From contig NZ_JABJXT010000002.1 in NCBI RefSeq assembly GCF_013155295.1, positions 241,434-305,433 on the forward strand: a DNA stretch of 64,000 nt, read 5' to 3'. Under the pieces are notes generated by a model. It ran no database searches. It saw only the letters and a list, made by a program, of their open reading frames with translations, and was not told the DNA's origin. Both the position numbers and the translations under genes were made by a program. The stretch is from Pseudogemmobacter hezensis (GTDB lineage: Bacteria > Pseudomonadota > Alphaproteobacteria > Rhodobacterales > Rhodobacteraceae). Shown piece after piece: positions 21,591 to 31,561 of this stretch. The stretch's first letter is position 1, and each line of letters opens with the position of its first letter.

Positions 21591-21695
21591 GCATAACCGG
21601 GCCTGAGCAGATCCAGGCCTCAGCATCACCAGCCGCCCCGTGCATATCCCATCGGCCGGGCCTTTCCTGTGCCGGGCACCATCCCAGGAGACACC

Positions 21696-22127
21696 ATGAG
21701 CGTTGACGTCAAATACCGCACCACCGCCAAAGCCACCGGCGGCGGGCGCAATGGCCTGTCAGGGCTGGAAAATGGCCAGCTGACTGTCACCATGGCCAGC
21801 CCGAAAGAGCTGGGCGGCTCGGGCCTGGGGCACAACCCGGAAGAGCTGTTCGCAACCGGCTATGCCGCCTGTTATCTGGGCGCGATGCGCTTTGCCGCCT
21901 CATCCGAAAAGCTGGGACAGGTGCCAGAGGATGCCAGCGTCCGGGCCGAGGTCGGGATCGGCCCGCGCTCTGACGGGGGCTTTGGTCTGGCCGTCAAACT
22001 GATCGTCAGCCTGCCCGGCCTGGAGCGCAGCGTCGCAGAAAAGATCGCCGAGCGCGGCCATTTCATCTGCCCCTACTCGAACGCCACCCGCGGCAATATC
22101 CAGGTCGAGACCGAACTGACCACCTGA
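21696..22127 (+). CDS. ohr: Organic hydroperoxide resistance protein (OsmC/Ohr family, Ohr subfamily)
   Basis: 143 aa with the two conserved Cys contexts (GYAACY and FICPYSNA) of Ohr. AGGAGA Shine-Dalgarno before ATG 21696. Confidence 0.85.
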   Translation: MSVDVKYRTTAKATGGGRNGLSGLENGQLTVTMASPKELGGSGLGHNPEELFATGYAACYLGAMRFAASSEKLGQVPEDASVRAEVGIGPRSDGGFGLAVKLIVSLPGLERSVAEKIAERGHFICPYSNATRGNIQVETELTT

Positions 22128-22167
22128 ACCAGGCCAATCTTGACCCCAGGGCCACAAAGCCCTATGT

Positions 22168-22200
22168 GGGCGGCAGGGTTCCGGTCCCTGCCGCCTGCTG
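22168..22200 (+). terminator. Stem-loop after ohr
   Basis: GGGCGGCAGGG-ttccggt-CCCTGCCGCC followed by tgctggcTTTgtg. Confidence 0.4.
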
Positions 22201-22317
22201 GCTTTGTGCCGTGGTGAAACCGGAAAGCGAAACTCCGCCGTTCCTTATCAGGCCGGGTTCGATGGCAATGCAGGCCCCATTGAAAAGATCCCGGCGCTCT
22301 GAAAGGACGCAAGGAAA

Positions 22318-22761
22318 ATGGGTCATAGTCCCAGACAAATTCCCTCGACTGACCAGGCGAAAGACCAGGCCCGTATGCTGCGGGCAGAGCTGGCACGCCA
22401 GGGGCATGAGGTCAGCCATTCCGCCGCACTCGAACTGGTGGCAAAGGCGCATGGTTTTCACGACTGGAATACGCTGCATGCCCGCGCGGGCAATCGGCAG
22501 CCACCACCGGCCATGCCCGGAGACACCGTCGCCGGGCGCTATCTGGGCCAGGAATTTCTGGCAGAGGTGGTGGCAATCCGACTGCTGTCAGAGGGGCGAT
22601 ATGAGGTCGAGCTGCAGCTGGATCAGCCGGTCGATGTGGTGACATTCGACAGTTTCTCGAACTATCGCAGCCGGATCCGCAAAGAGATCGACGCGAAGGG
22701 GCGCTCTTTTGACAAAACCTCAGACGGGGTGCCGCATCTCTTGCTGTCGCATCCCGGCTGA
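22318..22761 (+). CDS. Hypothetical protein; its N-terminal 55 aa resembles the leader region of proteins annotated as glyoxalase-superfamily
   Basis: AAGGAAA Shine-Dalgarno. '...HSAALELVAKAHGFHDWNTL' N-terminal motif. Function unknown. Confidence 0.5.
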   Translation: MGHSPRQIPSTDQAKDQARMLRAELARQGHEVSHSAALELVAKAHGFHDWNTLHARAGNRQPPPAMPGDTVAGRYLGQEFLAEVVAIRLLSEGRYEVELQLDQPVDVVTFDSFSNYRSRIRKEIDAKGRSFDKTSDGVPHLLLSHPG

Positions 22762-22803
22762 GGGCGTCATAATTTCGCCAAAGCTGCGGGACAGAAGACC
22801 GAA

Positions 22804-23220
22804 ATGTATCCTGTCCCGCTCTCTTTGCTGATCGCGCTCGCGGGTGTTGCCTGGTTCATCGCAACCAGCTTCATCGCCTGGCATCAGTTTCGCACCGACA
22901 AATGGCGCGCGCTTGAGGGGCTTCGCCGCATCCCCGAGCGCGACCTTCTGTTCATTGCGATGATCGGCGACTGGCCGGGGGCCAGGCTCGCGCAGCGCAG
23001 GTTCCGCCACAAGACCCGCAAAGAGCCATTCCGCAGCCAGCTGAACACCTGCGCCTGGCCCGCCGGCGCAATCCTGGTCACGCTGGTGCTGCTGGCAGCA
23101 TCCATCGGCGACAGGCAGGTGATGGTCAGCGGCGATCTGGGCAGGGTCGTCGCCCTGTTGGCCGGGCATGACGCATCCCCGCCGCCGCCATTGCCCCGCC
23201 GCTTCGGCCCCGGCTCATAA
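22804..23220 (+). CDS. DUF1294-domain membrane protein
   Basis: 'RIPE..LL..A..GG.PGA..A...FRHKT.K.PF' pattern plus flanking TM helices. Confidence 0.6.
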   Translation: MYPVPLSLLIALAGVAWFIATSFIAWHQFRTDKWRALEGLRRIPERDLLFIAMIGDWPGARLAQRRFRHKTRKEPFRSQLNTCAWPAGAILVTLVLLAASIGDRQVMVSGDLGRVVALLAGHDASPPPPLPRRFGPGS

Positions 23221-23244
23221 CCGGGCGATGGGCTGGCAAGGCCG

Positions 23245-24113
23245 TCAGGCGCGAACCAGCCTGGCATAGCCGGCCACGACCCTGCGCGTCAGCGCCCCGA
23301 TCTCAAAGCGATAGGGCCCGATTTCGGAAACCGGCGTGATCTCTGCCGCCGTTCCGGTCAGGAAGCACTGCTCAAACCCCTCCATCTCGGCGGGGTCGAT
23401 ATGGCGCTCATGAACCCGGATCCCTTCGGCCTGCAGCATCTCAATCACCGTCTGGCGGGTGATCCCGTTCAGGATCGCATCGGGCAGCGGCGTATGCACC
23501 TCATCCCCTTTGACGAAGAAGACATTCGCGGAACTGGCCTCGGCGATATGGCCGCGCCAGTCCAGCAAAAGCGCATCGCTGTAGCCCTTCGCCTGGGCCG
23601 CCTGTTTGGACATGGTGCAGATCATGTAAAGCCCGGCAGCCTTGGCGGCGGTGGGAATGGTTTCAGGCGAGGGGCGCTTCCAGCTGGCGATATCAAGGCG
23701 CGCCCCCTGATCCTGTGCAGCGCCGTAATAGGCCCCCCATTCCCAGCCCGCCACCGCCAGACGGATCGGGTTTGACTGCGACGAGACGCCCATTTCCTCG
23801 CCCGCGCCGCGAAAGGCCACGGCACGCAGATAGGCATCGCTCCAGCCATTGGCCGCCAGAACAGCGTATTTCGCGGCCTCGATTTCCGCCACGCTAAAGG
23901 GCAGCGCCATATCCAGAAGCTGGGCCGAGCGGATCAGACGCGCAGAATGCTCGACCCCTTTGAAGATGCGGCCATTATAGGCCCGCTCGCCCTCAAACAC
24001 CGAAGAGCCGTAATGCAGCGCATGGCTGAGGATATGCACATTCGCGTCACGCCAGGGGACCAGCGCCCCATCCATCCAGATGAACCCGTCCCGATCGTCA
24101 AACCTGGTCATTT
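23245..24113 (-). CDS. ilvE: Branched-chain-amino-acid aminotransferase
   Basis: Class IV aminotransferase; 'MTRFDDRDGFIWMDGALVPWRDANVHILSHALHYGSSVFEG' matches IlvE. Start at ATG 24113. Confidence 0.9.
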
Positions 24114-24253
24114 TCAGCCTCATTTTTCCAATAATTGCGCATCAATGCGAATCTATTTCGTAAAGTTGCGCATATTTGGCGAATCGCTATGCTTTTGCAC
24201 TTGGAAAGTCAACAATGCTGACGTAAATTCCATAAAACGACAGGAGGCCGGAT

Positions 24254-24802
24254 ATGTCGCAGACTCCAGGCTCTGGCGCAGGCCAGGCGGGGCTTTTGAA
24301 CAGTGGCGCGGGCGGTGCCGGGGGCGGTGAGAACCTGCTTTTCCTGACCGATGAGCAGCTGCGCAAAGGCATCGAGGCGATGTTCTTCGCCTATCGTGGC
24401 TTTACCGCCGACCCCGACCGCATCCTTGAGACCATGGATTACGGCCGCGCCCATCACCGGGCGCTGCATTTCATCCAGCGCTCGCCCGGAACAACGGTGT
24501 CCAATCTGCTGGGGATCCTGGGCGTCACCAAGCAAAGCCTGAACCGCGTCTTGCGCAGCCTGATCGACGACGGCCATGTGCGCAGCGAAAAAGGGCGGCG
24601 TGACGGGCGCGAGCGGCATCTTTTCCTGACCCCCAGCGGCGAGGCGATGGAAAAGCAGCTGTCCGACGCGCAGCGGGCGCGGATGCGGGCGGCTTATCGG
24701 GCGGCGGGGCCTGCGGCGGTGCAAGGCTTTCGCCAGGTGCTTGAAGCAATGATGGACCCGGGCCTGCGGGACTATTACAACCGCATGAGAGATGGCGGCT
24801 GA
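24254..24802 (+). CDS. MarR-family transcriptional regulator (PetP-like)
   Basis: Winged-helix MarR core; CAGGAGG Shine-Dalgarno. Lies immediately upstream of an OmpR-type regulator, as petP does with petR. Confidence 0.8.
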   Translation: MSQTPGSGAGQAGLLNSGAGGAGGGENLLFLTDEQLRKGIEAMFFAYRGFTADPDRILETMDYGRAHHRALHFIQRSPGTTVSNLLGILGVTKQSLNRVLRSLIDDGHVRSEKGRRDGRERHLFLTPSGEAMEKQLSDAQRARMRAAYRAAGPAAVQGFRQVLEAMMDPGLRDYYNRMRDGG

Positions 24803-24826
24803 ACGGCGCCACATAAGAGGTGGTGC

Positions 24827-25561
24827 ATGACGGCAGCAGAACAGCAGGCGGCAACTCAGGCGATCGCGCAGCCGGACATCCATCTTCTGGTCGTCGATGA
24901 TGACGAGCGTATCCGCACGCTTTTGCAGAAATTTCTCGTGCGCAGCGGCTATATGGTGACGGTTGCGCGTGATGCGGCCCAGGCGCGGCGGCTGCTGGCG
25001 GGGCTGGAATTCGACATGCTCATCCTGGATGTGATGATGCCCGATGAAGACGGGATCACCCTGACCCGCGATCTGCGGCGGCGCAGCCAGGTGCCGATCC
25101 TGCTTTTGACCGCCCGTGGTGAAACGGCCAACCGGATCGAAGGGCTTGAGGCAGGCGCCGACGACTATCTCGCCAAACCTTTCGAGCCCAAAGAGCTGCT
25201 TTTGCGCGTTGCCGCGATCATGCGCCGGGTGCCTCAGATCAGCGAGGCCGATCAGCCGCCAAAGGTGCTGCATATGGGCGCGGTGCGCTATGATATGGAC
25301 CGGGGCGAGCTGTGGCGCGGGCCGGAACTGGTGCGGCTGACCTCGACCGAGGCGGCGCTGATGCGGCTGTTTGCGGCCAGCGCGGGCGAGGCGATCTCGC
25401 GTGAGCGGCTGGTGCTGGATCTGGGCCGCGAGGAAGAGGCGCAGGAACGCGCCGTCGATGTGCAGATCACCCGGCTGCGCCGCAAGATCGAGGATGACCC
25501 CAAAGCGCCCCGCTACCTGCAAACGGTGCGCGGCGAAGGCTATATGCTGGCGCCCGACTAA
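24827..25561 (+). CDS. OmpR/PhoB-family response regulator (CenR/PetR-like)
   Basis: Receiver domain (LVVDDDERIR...LILDVMMPDEDG...) plus a winged-helix C-terminus (RGEGYMLAPD). AAGAGGTGG Shine-Dalgarno. Confidence 0.9.
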   Translation: MTAAEQQAATQAIAQPDIHLLVVDDDERIRTLLQKFLVRSGYMVTVARDAAQARRLLAGLEFDMLILDVMMPDEDGITLTRDLRRRSQVPILLLTARGETANRIEGLEAGADDYLAKPFEPKELLLRVAAIMRRVPQISEADQPPKVLHMGAVRYDMDRGELWRGPELVRLTSTEAALMRLFAASAGEAISRERLVLDLGREEEAQERAVDVQITRLRRKIEDDPKAPRYLQTVRGEGYMLAPD

Positions 25562-25738
25562 GGCTCCTAGCTGATCCCCAAAGGGCCGGGCGATGTGCGC
25601 TGGCTCACGCGCACTTGTGCAGAACTTGCGCAGATTGGCGGGCCGGGGGTCGTATCCGGCCCTGAAGGGGGCTATAATCTGCCCGCGCCGACCGATAGGG
25701 TCCGCCCCCATATGACCGAGCTGAGCAGGATAAGCCCG

Positions 25739-25978
25739 ATGAGCCAGAAACCCGTTGCGGAAATGAGTTTTGAAGAGGCAATGGCCGCACTGGAACAGGT
25801 GGTCAGCCAGCTGGAACGCGGCGAAGTGGCGCTGGAACAGTCGATCAGCCTTTATGAACACGGGGCCGAGCTGAAGAAGCACTGCGCCCGGAAACTGGCC
25901 GATGCCGAAGCTCGGGTCGAGTTGATCCGCGCCCAGGAGGGCAAGGCCGTTGGCACCGCTCCGGCCGAAGGGCTGTGA
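25739..25978 (+). CDS. xseB: Exodeoxyribonuclease VII small subunit
   Basis: 79 aa; 'SFEEAMAALEQVVSQLERGEVALEQSISLYEHG' is typical of XseB. Conserved xseB-ispA-dxs order. Confidence 0.85.
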   Translation: MSQKPVAEMSFEEAMAALEQVVSQLERGEVALEQSISLYEHGAELKKHCARKLADAEARVELIRAQEGKAVGTAPAEGL

Positions 25979-26844
25979 GTTTCCCCGACCAGCTGAAGGC
26001 CGCCGCATCCGGGGTTGAGGCCTTCATCGCCGCCACCCTGGACCGCCGGGCCGAGCTGCCTGTCGTGCAGGCGATGCGCTATGCGATGCGCGGCGGCAAG
26101 GGTCTGCGCGGCTATCTGGCGCTGGAATCGGCGCGCCTGCACGGGATCCCGACCGCCGCGGCGCTGCCTGCCGCAGCCTCGGTCGAGGCGCTGCATGCCT
26201 ATAGCCTGATCCATGACGATCTGCCTGCGATGGATGATGACGATCTGCGCCGCGGCCAGCCGACCATCCATGTGAAATGGGATGAGGCGACGGCGATCCT
26301 TGCGGGCGACGCGCTGCAGACGCTGGCGTTTGAACTGCTTGCAGACCCGGCGCTTGGCGCGGCCGATCGGCGCATAGCCCTGGTCGCCAGCCTGGCAAAA
26401 GCCTCTGGGGCCGAGGGAATGGTTCTGGGTCAGGCGCTTGATATAGCAGCGGAGACCGCGCCGCAGCCGCTGGATCTGGCGGGTATCACCCGGCTGCAGG
26501 CGGGCAAGACCGGGGCGCTGATCTGCCATGCAGCAACCATCGGCCCGCATCTGGCGGGGGCCGATCCGGCCCCGCTTCTGGCCTATGCCCAGGCGCTTGG
26601 GCTGGCATTCCAGATCCATGACGACATTCTTGATGTAACGGGTGATGCCGACACCACCGGCAAGCGCACGGGCAAGGATGCCGGGCGCGGCAAGGCGACT
26701 TTCGTCTCGCTTTTGGGGCTGGAAGGCGCGCAAACCCGCGCAAAAGAGCTGATTTCCAGCGCCGAGGCCGCCCTTACTCCCTATGGCGCGGCGGCAGAAA
26801 ACCTTGTCGCTGCCGCCCGTTTCACTATATCGAGACAGGCCTGA
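25975..26844 (+). CDS. ispA: Farnesyl-diphosphate synthase (geranyltranstransferase)
   Basis: Two Asp-rich motifs ([17 protein letters not shown] and IHDDILD). GTG start overlapping the xseB stop codon. Confidence 0.9.
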   Translation: MSFPDQLKAAASGVEAFIAATLDRRAELPVVQAMRYAMRGGKGLRGYLALESARLHGIPTAAALPAAASVEALHAYSLIHDDLPAMDDDDLRRGQPTIHVKWDEATAILAGDALQTLAFELLADPALGAADRRIALVASLAKASGAEGMVLGQALDIAAETAPQPLDLAGITRLQAGKTGALICHAATIGPHLAGADPAPLLAYAQALGLAFQIHDDILDVTGDADTTGKRTGKDAGRGKATFVSLLGLEGAQTRAKELISSAEAALTPYGAAAENLVAAARFTISRQA

Positions 26845-26881
26845 GCCCATCAGCCCAGGGCCCCTCGCAGGAGCGTTTTTC

Positions 26882-28810
26882 ATGGTCGCCATCCCACCGG
26901 ACAGCAATTCCGCCAGCCCTGTTCTGGACCGGGTGCACTTCCCGTCAGACATGAAAGCGCTGACCGACCATGAGCTGCGTCAGCTGGCCGATGAGGTGCG
27001 CGCTGAGACGGTGGCAGCGGTCTCGGTGACAGGCGGGCATCTGGGCGCAGGGCTTGGCGTGGTCGAGCTGACGGTGGCGCTGCATGCGGTCTTTGATACA
27101 CCAAAGGACAAGCTGATCTGGGACGTCGGGCATCAATGCTATCCGCATAAGATCCTGACCGGGCGACGCGACCGGATCCGCACCCTTCGGATGGAGGGCG
27201 GGCTTTCCGGCTTCACCAAACGCTCAGAAAGCCCCTATGATCCCTTCGGGGCGGCGCATAGCTCTACCTCGATTTCGGCGGCGCTTGGCTTTGCGATGGC
27301 CGCCGATCTGGGTGGTGACGCGGGCGATGCGATCGCGGTGATCGGCGACGGCTCTATGTCGGCGGGCATGGCCTTTGAGGCGATGAACAATGCGGGCGCG
27401 CTGAAAAAGCGGCTCTTCGTGGTGCTTAATGACAATGAAATGTCGATTGCGCCCCCGGTCGGCGCGCTGTCGGCCTATCTCAGCAAGCTTTACGCCGAAG
27501 CCCCGATGCAGGACCTGAAAGAGGTGGCGAAGGGCTTTGTCTCGCTGCTGCCAGGCCCCCTGCAAGAGGGAGCGAAACGCGCCAAGGAAATGCTGAAGGG
27601 GATGGCCGTCGGCGGCACCCTGTTCGAGGCGCTTGGCTTCACCTATGTCGGGCCGATTGATGGTCATGACCTGGACCAGCTGCTGCCGGTGCTGCGGACG
27701 CTGAAGGCGCGGGCGCATGGCCCGGTTTTGCTGCATGTGCTGACGAAAAAGGGCAAGGGCTACGGCCCAGCCGAGAATTCTCCGGATCGCGGCCACGCGC
27801 GGGCAAAGTTCGATCTGGTGACGGGCGAGCAGAAGAAAGCACCCTCAAACGCGCCCTCCTACACAAAGGTTTTCGCCGAAAGCCTGATCCAGGAGGCCGA
27901 GCGCGACGAGAAAATCGTAGGCGTAACGGCCGCGATGCCTGATGGCACCGGGCTTGATCTCTTTGGCGCCCGCTTTCCGCGCCGCCTGTTCGATGTCGGC
28001 ATCGCCGAGCAACATGCCGTGACCTTTGCGGCGGGTCTCGCCGCAGGGGGAATGAAGCCCTTCTGCGCGATCTATTCGACCTTCCTGCAGCGCGGCTATG
28101 ACCAGGTGGTGCATGATGTGGCGATCCAGCGCCTGCCGGTCCGCTTTGCGATAGACCGCGCGGGCCTTGTGGGGGCCGATGGTGCGACCCATGCCGGATC
28201 TTTCGACGTGGCGTTCATGGCCAATCTGCCGGGCATGGTGGTGATGGCCGCCGCCGATGAGGCCGAACTGCGCCATATGGTGGCAACCGCTGCCGCTTTC
28301 GACGAAAGCCCCATCGCCTTCCGCTATCCGCGCGGCGAGGGCATGGGCGTTGAGATGCCACTGCGCGGTGAGGTCCTGGAAATCGGGCGCGGCAGAGTGC
28401 TGCGTGAGGGCAATAGCGTGGCGCTTTTGTCCTTTGGAACCCGGCTCTGCGAAGTGCTGAAGGCGGCTGAAAACCTGGCGGCGCGCGGCCTTGCCCCGAC
28501 AGTCGTCGATGCCCGTTTTGCCAAGCCGCTGGATCATGAGCTGATCTTGCGCCTGGCCCGTGAACATGAGGCACTGATTACCGTTGAGGAAGGTGCCACG
28601 GGTGGTTTTGGCAGCCATGTGGCGCAGCTTTTGTCGGATGCGGCGGTATTTGATCGCGGGCTGAAGTTCCGCTCGATGGTGCTGCCGGATATCTTCATCG
28701 ACCAGGCCAGCCCAGAAGCGATGTATCGGATTGCAGGTATGGATGCCGCGCAGATCGAGGCAAAGGTGCTGCAGGTTCTGGGTGTGGCAACGGCTGCAAA
28801 CCGGGCCTGA
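26882..28810 (+). CDS. dxs: 1-deoxy-D-xylulose-5-phosphate synthase
   Basis: N-terminus '[26 protein letters not shown]', a TPP-binding 'GDG' region and the transketolase-like domain order. Start after the ispA stop, with an AGGAGCG Shine-Dalgarno. Confidence 0.95.
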   Translation: MVAIPPDSNSASPVLDRVHFPSDMKALTDHELRQLADEVRAETVAAVSVTGGHLGAGLGVVELTVALHAVFDTPKDKLIWDVGHQCYPHKILTGRRDRIRTLRMEGGLSGFTKRSESPYDPFGAAHSSTSISAALGFAMAADLGGDAGDAIAVIGDGSMSAGMAFEAMNNAGALKKRLFVVLNDNEMSIAPPVGALSAYLSKLYAEAPMQDLKEVAKGFVSLLPGPLQEGAKRAKEMLKGMAVGGTLFEALGFTYVGPIDGHDLDQLLPVLRTLKARAHGPVLLHVLTKKGKGYGPAENSPDRGHARAKFDLVTGEQKKAPSNAPSYTKVFAESLIQEAERDEKIVGVTAAMPDGTGLDLFGARFPRRLFDVGIAEQHAVTFAAGLAAGGMKPFCAIYSTFLQRGYDQVVHDVAIQRLPVRFAIDRAGLVGADGATHAGSFDVAFMANLPGMVVMAAADEAELRHMVATAAAFDESPIAFRYPRGEGMGVEMPLRGEVLEIGRGRVLREGNSVALLSFGTRLCEVLKAAENLAARGLAPTVVDARFAKPLDHELILRLAREHEALITVEEGATGGFGSHVAQLLSDAAVFDRGLKFRSMVLPDIFIDQASPEAMYRIAGMDAAQIEAKVLQVLGVATAANRA

Positions 28811-28812
28811 CT

Positions 28813-28880
28813 CCGTTTCCTTACAAGGAAACGGGAAAATTCCTTCAAAGGAATTTGTCCGAAATCTTTAAAGATTTCGG
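28813..28880. terminator. Three consecutive perfect AT-rich palindromes filling the dxs/lpxK convergent spacer; probable bidirectional terminator array
   Basis: CCGTTTCCTT-ac-AAGGAAACGG at 28813-28834; AAATTCCTT-ca-AAGGAATTT at 28837-28856; CCGAAATCTTT|AAAGATTTCGG at 28859-28880. All three read directly from the sequence. Confidence 0.5.
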
Positions 28881-28881
28881 A

Positions 28882-29877
28882 TCACAGACCCAGCCTGTCC
28901 AGCAGCCTGTCAAAGGGTGCCCAGTCAGAAATTTCAAGCCGCACCACCAATGTCAGAACCTTTGTTCTGAAGGCCGAGGGCAACCGGGCTGCGTCTTTTT
29001 CTGTTGTGACCAATTGCGCGTTCAGCAACGCAGCCTCAGCCTCAAGACGCGCAATCAAAGCGGGTGAAAGTGTCTGGTGATCATCCAGCGCTTCGCTGCG
29101 CACCAGTTCGGCCCCTTCTGCCCGCAATGTGGCGAAAAATTTTTCCGGGTTTCCTATGCCCGCAAAAGCCAGCACGCGCTGACCATGCCAGTCCATTCCC
29201 ATTTGCAATGGCACCAGTCTGCCCTGCAGCGCAGGCAGCCCTGCAACTGCATCCGACCAGTTCGCCTGAAATTTCGCCTGCGCGGCCACATCGCCGATCG
29301 AGAGGATTGCATCTGCCCGTGCCAGACCCGCCGCGACCGGCTCGCGCAGGGGGCCGGCAGGCAGGCAAAGACCGTTGCCAAATCCCTGCGCGGCATCAAC
29401 CACCACCAGCGACAGGTCTTTGACCACGCCCGGGTTCTGATGACCGTCATCTAGCAAAATCACGCTGGCACCGGCCTCGGCTGCAGCCCGCACCCCCGCC
29501 GCGCGATCCTTCGCCACCCAGACGGGCGCGAAGGGGGCAAGCAGCAGCGGCTCGTCGCCCACTTCATCGGCGCGATGCCGCATCTCGTCGACACGCAGCG
29601 GGCCGGGCGCCGTTCCACCATAGCCGCGCGTGACCACCTGCACCTGGTGCCCTCTTGCGCCCAGATGCGCGATCAGCGCCATCACGGTTGGCGTTTTGCC
29701 AACGCCGCCTGCGTTCAGATTGCCCACGCAGATCACTGGCACCGGGGCGCGGTATCCCCCCGTCTGCCGCACCCGCCTTGCCGTCGCCGCCGCATATAGC
29801 GCCCCCAGGGGTTGCAAAAGGCGTGCCTTCAGCCCGGGCTGTGCGGGCGGGTTGTTCCAGAAATCAGGTGCCCGCAT
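28882..29877 (-). CDS. lpxK: Tetraacyldisaccharide 4'-kinase
   Basis: P-loop '[16 protein letters not shown]'. Its start codon overlaps the waaA stop in an ATGA arrangement. Confidence 0.9.
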   Translation of the reverse strand: MRAPDFWNNPPAQPGLKARLLQPLGALYAAATARRVRQTGGYRAPVPVICVGNLNAGGVGKTPTVMALIAHLGARGHQVQVVTRGYGGTAPGPLRVDEMRHRADEVGDEPLLLAPFAPVWVAKDRAAGVRAAAEAGASVILLDDGHQNPGVVKDLSLVVVDAAQGFGNGLCLPAGPLREPVAAGLARADAILSIGDVAAQAKFQANWSDAVAGLPALQGRLVPLQMGMDWHGQRVLAFAGIGNPEKFFATLRAEGAELVRSEALDDHQTLSPALIARLEAEAALLNAQLVTTEKDAARLPSAFRTKVLTLVVRLEISDWAPFDRLLDRLGL

Positions 29878-31097
29878 CAGCCGCGCCTTTCCGTGCGGGC
29901 AAGGCCCGGGGCGCGGCGCAGCGTGGCCAGAATGCCCTCGGTTACCTCAGCCCCATCAGAGACCACCCCCCAGGCCGCCTGCGCCAGCCGCGCCGTGCGA
30001 TCGGGCGCCAGCAAATCGCCAAGCGCCTCGCTCAGATCCCGGACCGAGGCCACCGCCCGCGCCGCCCTTGCCGCACCTAGACGGCCGATCTGCGGCGCAA
30101 AGCCGCCCGGGCGCGGCCCATGCAAAATCGCCGAGCCAAGCGCCGCAGGCTCCAGCGGGCTGGTCAAAAGCCCGATGCCCGACAGCCCTCCGCCCAGATA
30201 GCTGACCGGGGCCAGCCGATACCACAGCCCCAGCTCTGCCGGGTCGTTGACGACGAAAATACTGGTCTCGGCCTCGGGTTCTTCCTCACTGGCCCGCGAG
30301 GCAATATCCCAGCCCTCAGCGGCAAGATCTTCGGCCAGAGACACCGCTCGCGCCGGATCTTCGGGCAGGATGATCAACAGCAGGCGATGCGCCAGTTGCA
30401 GCCCGTGCTGATGCGCCGCCAGCACAGCCTTTTCCTCAGAGCGCGGGATCCGCGCCCCGAACCAGACCGGGCGCGTCACCATCAGCTTTGCGAGATACTC
30501 GCGCTCTGCCTCGAGGCAGGGCAGCGCGAGCGAGCTTTCCTCCATCCGGCCCGTGGCCTCGACGCGGGCGGCGGGCAGGCCCGCCTTGCGCCAGGCCCTT
30601 CCGGCCGCAGCATCAATCGCAAACACCATCGAAAAGGCCGAAATCGCCCGCCGCATCGCCCCCGGGATCCAGCTTTCATGGCCGCGCAGGAACCAGGGAT
30701 CCCCCGCATCCGCCATGACCAACAGCAGCTGCCGCTCGCCGCATTCATGCAGCAGGGCGGGGCGGATCTCGCCCTCGGACATCACCACGGCATCCGGGCG
30801 CCAATGGTCAAGAAATTCGCGCACCGCCTGACTGTTTTCATCCGGGGTCTCGTCTTGCAGCACGCCGCGCGGCAGCACCACGCCAGGCCCGCCAGCCGTC
30901 AGGACACCCGTCATCAGAACGGATGCGCCATCTTCGGCCAGCAGGCGCTGCGCCAGCTCATTCATCCCCGAAAGCGAGGCAGGCCCCGTCACATGCAGCC
31001 AGACCAGCCCGCCCTGCGGCCGCGCCTGACGCTGGTTCTGGCTGCGGCTGCGGCGATTTGCGGCGGGCCACCAGCCCCTCGAAGGCGCCGCAGCCAA
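29877..31097 (-). CDS. waaA: 3-deoxy-D-manno-octulosonic acid (Kdo) transferase
   Basis: 406 aa. '[22 protein letters not shown]' resembles the KdtA N-terminal motif. Conserved waaA-lpxK pairing. Exact start uncertain. Confidence 0.8.
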   Translation of the reverse strand: MAAAPSRGWWPAANRRSRSQNQRQARPQGGLVWLHVTGPASLSGMNELAQRLLAEDGASVLMTGVLTAGGPGVVLPRGVLQDETPDENSQAVREFLDHWRPDAVVMSEGEIRPALLHECGERQLLLVMADAGDPWFLRGHESWIPGAMRRAISAFSMVFAIDAAAGRAWRKAGLPAARVEATGRMEESSLALPCLEAEREYLAKLMVTRPVWFGARIPRSEEKAVLAAHQHGLQLAHRLLLIILPEDPARAVSLAEDLAAEGWDIASRASEEEPEAETSIFVVNDPAELGLWYRLAPVSYLGGGLSGIGLLTSPLEPAALGSAILHGPRPGGFAPQIGRLGAARAARAVASVRDLSEALGDLLAPDRTARLAQAAWGVVSDGAEVTEGILATLRRAPGLARTERRG

Positions 31098-31102
31098 GGC
31101 GT

Positions 31103-31345
31103 TCAGCCCAGCTCTGCCGTGGCCGAAGCCGCCAGCTCTTCATCGCGCAGCCGGTGGATATGGGCGATAAAATAACGGGTATGCGCATCATCAACGGTGC
31201 GCTGCGCCTCGGCCTTCCAGGCGCGATAGGCGCTTTCATAATCGGGGAACATTCCGACAATATGGATGTTTTCCGCGTCGCGGAACTGCGTCGAATCCGG
31301 TGAAACCAGCTCGCCGCCGAAAACCAGGTGAAGTCGCTGCGCCAT
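31103..31345 (-). CDS. DUF4170-domain protein
   Basis: 80 aa; 'MAQRLHLVFGGELVSPDSTQFRDAENIHIVGMFPDYESAYRAWKAEAQRTVDDAHTRYFIAHIHRL'. Start at ATG 31345 with a GGAGGGG Shine-Dalgarno. Confidence 0.65.
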   Translation of the reverse strand: MAQRLHLVFGGELVSPDSTQFRDAENIHIVGMFPDYESAYRAWKAEAQRTVDDAHTRYFIAHIHRLRDEELAASATAELG

Positions 31346-31455
31346 GATCATCCCCTCCGGCATTGCCGGTCTGCAATGGGCCCGGGACCAGGCCCGGAAT
31401 GGCGCAATTCTACCCTGCCAGCCCGCCCGGGGAAAGAGCGGCCCGCGCCCTGATG

Positions 31456-31528
31456 CCGTCACTGCGCCAGAATGACGGAATAACTTACCTTGATGTCGAC
31501 ACATTGAATAACCACAATGCGCGCATTG
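31456..31528 (+). promoter_or_regulatory. Candidate promoter/operator of the SPFH-NfeD-NUDIX operon
   Basis: Inverted repeat CCGTCA-N11-TGACGG at 31456-31478. TTGATG at 31490-31495, a 17-nt spacer, then CACAAT. Perfect 14-bp palindrome CAATGCGCGCATTG at 31515-31528 overlaps the -10 / transcription start region. Confidence 0.35.
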
Positions 31529-31561
31529 CCCGCGATGGGCTCTTTTCCAGGAGTGAACTTT

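Noticed and set aside
24254-25561. Naming the regulator pair petP/petR outright
   Set aside because: Gene order fits, but petABC is not adjacent and I cannot verify orthology without a search. Kept as a PetP/PetR (CenR)-like hypothesis only.
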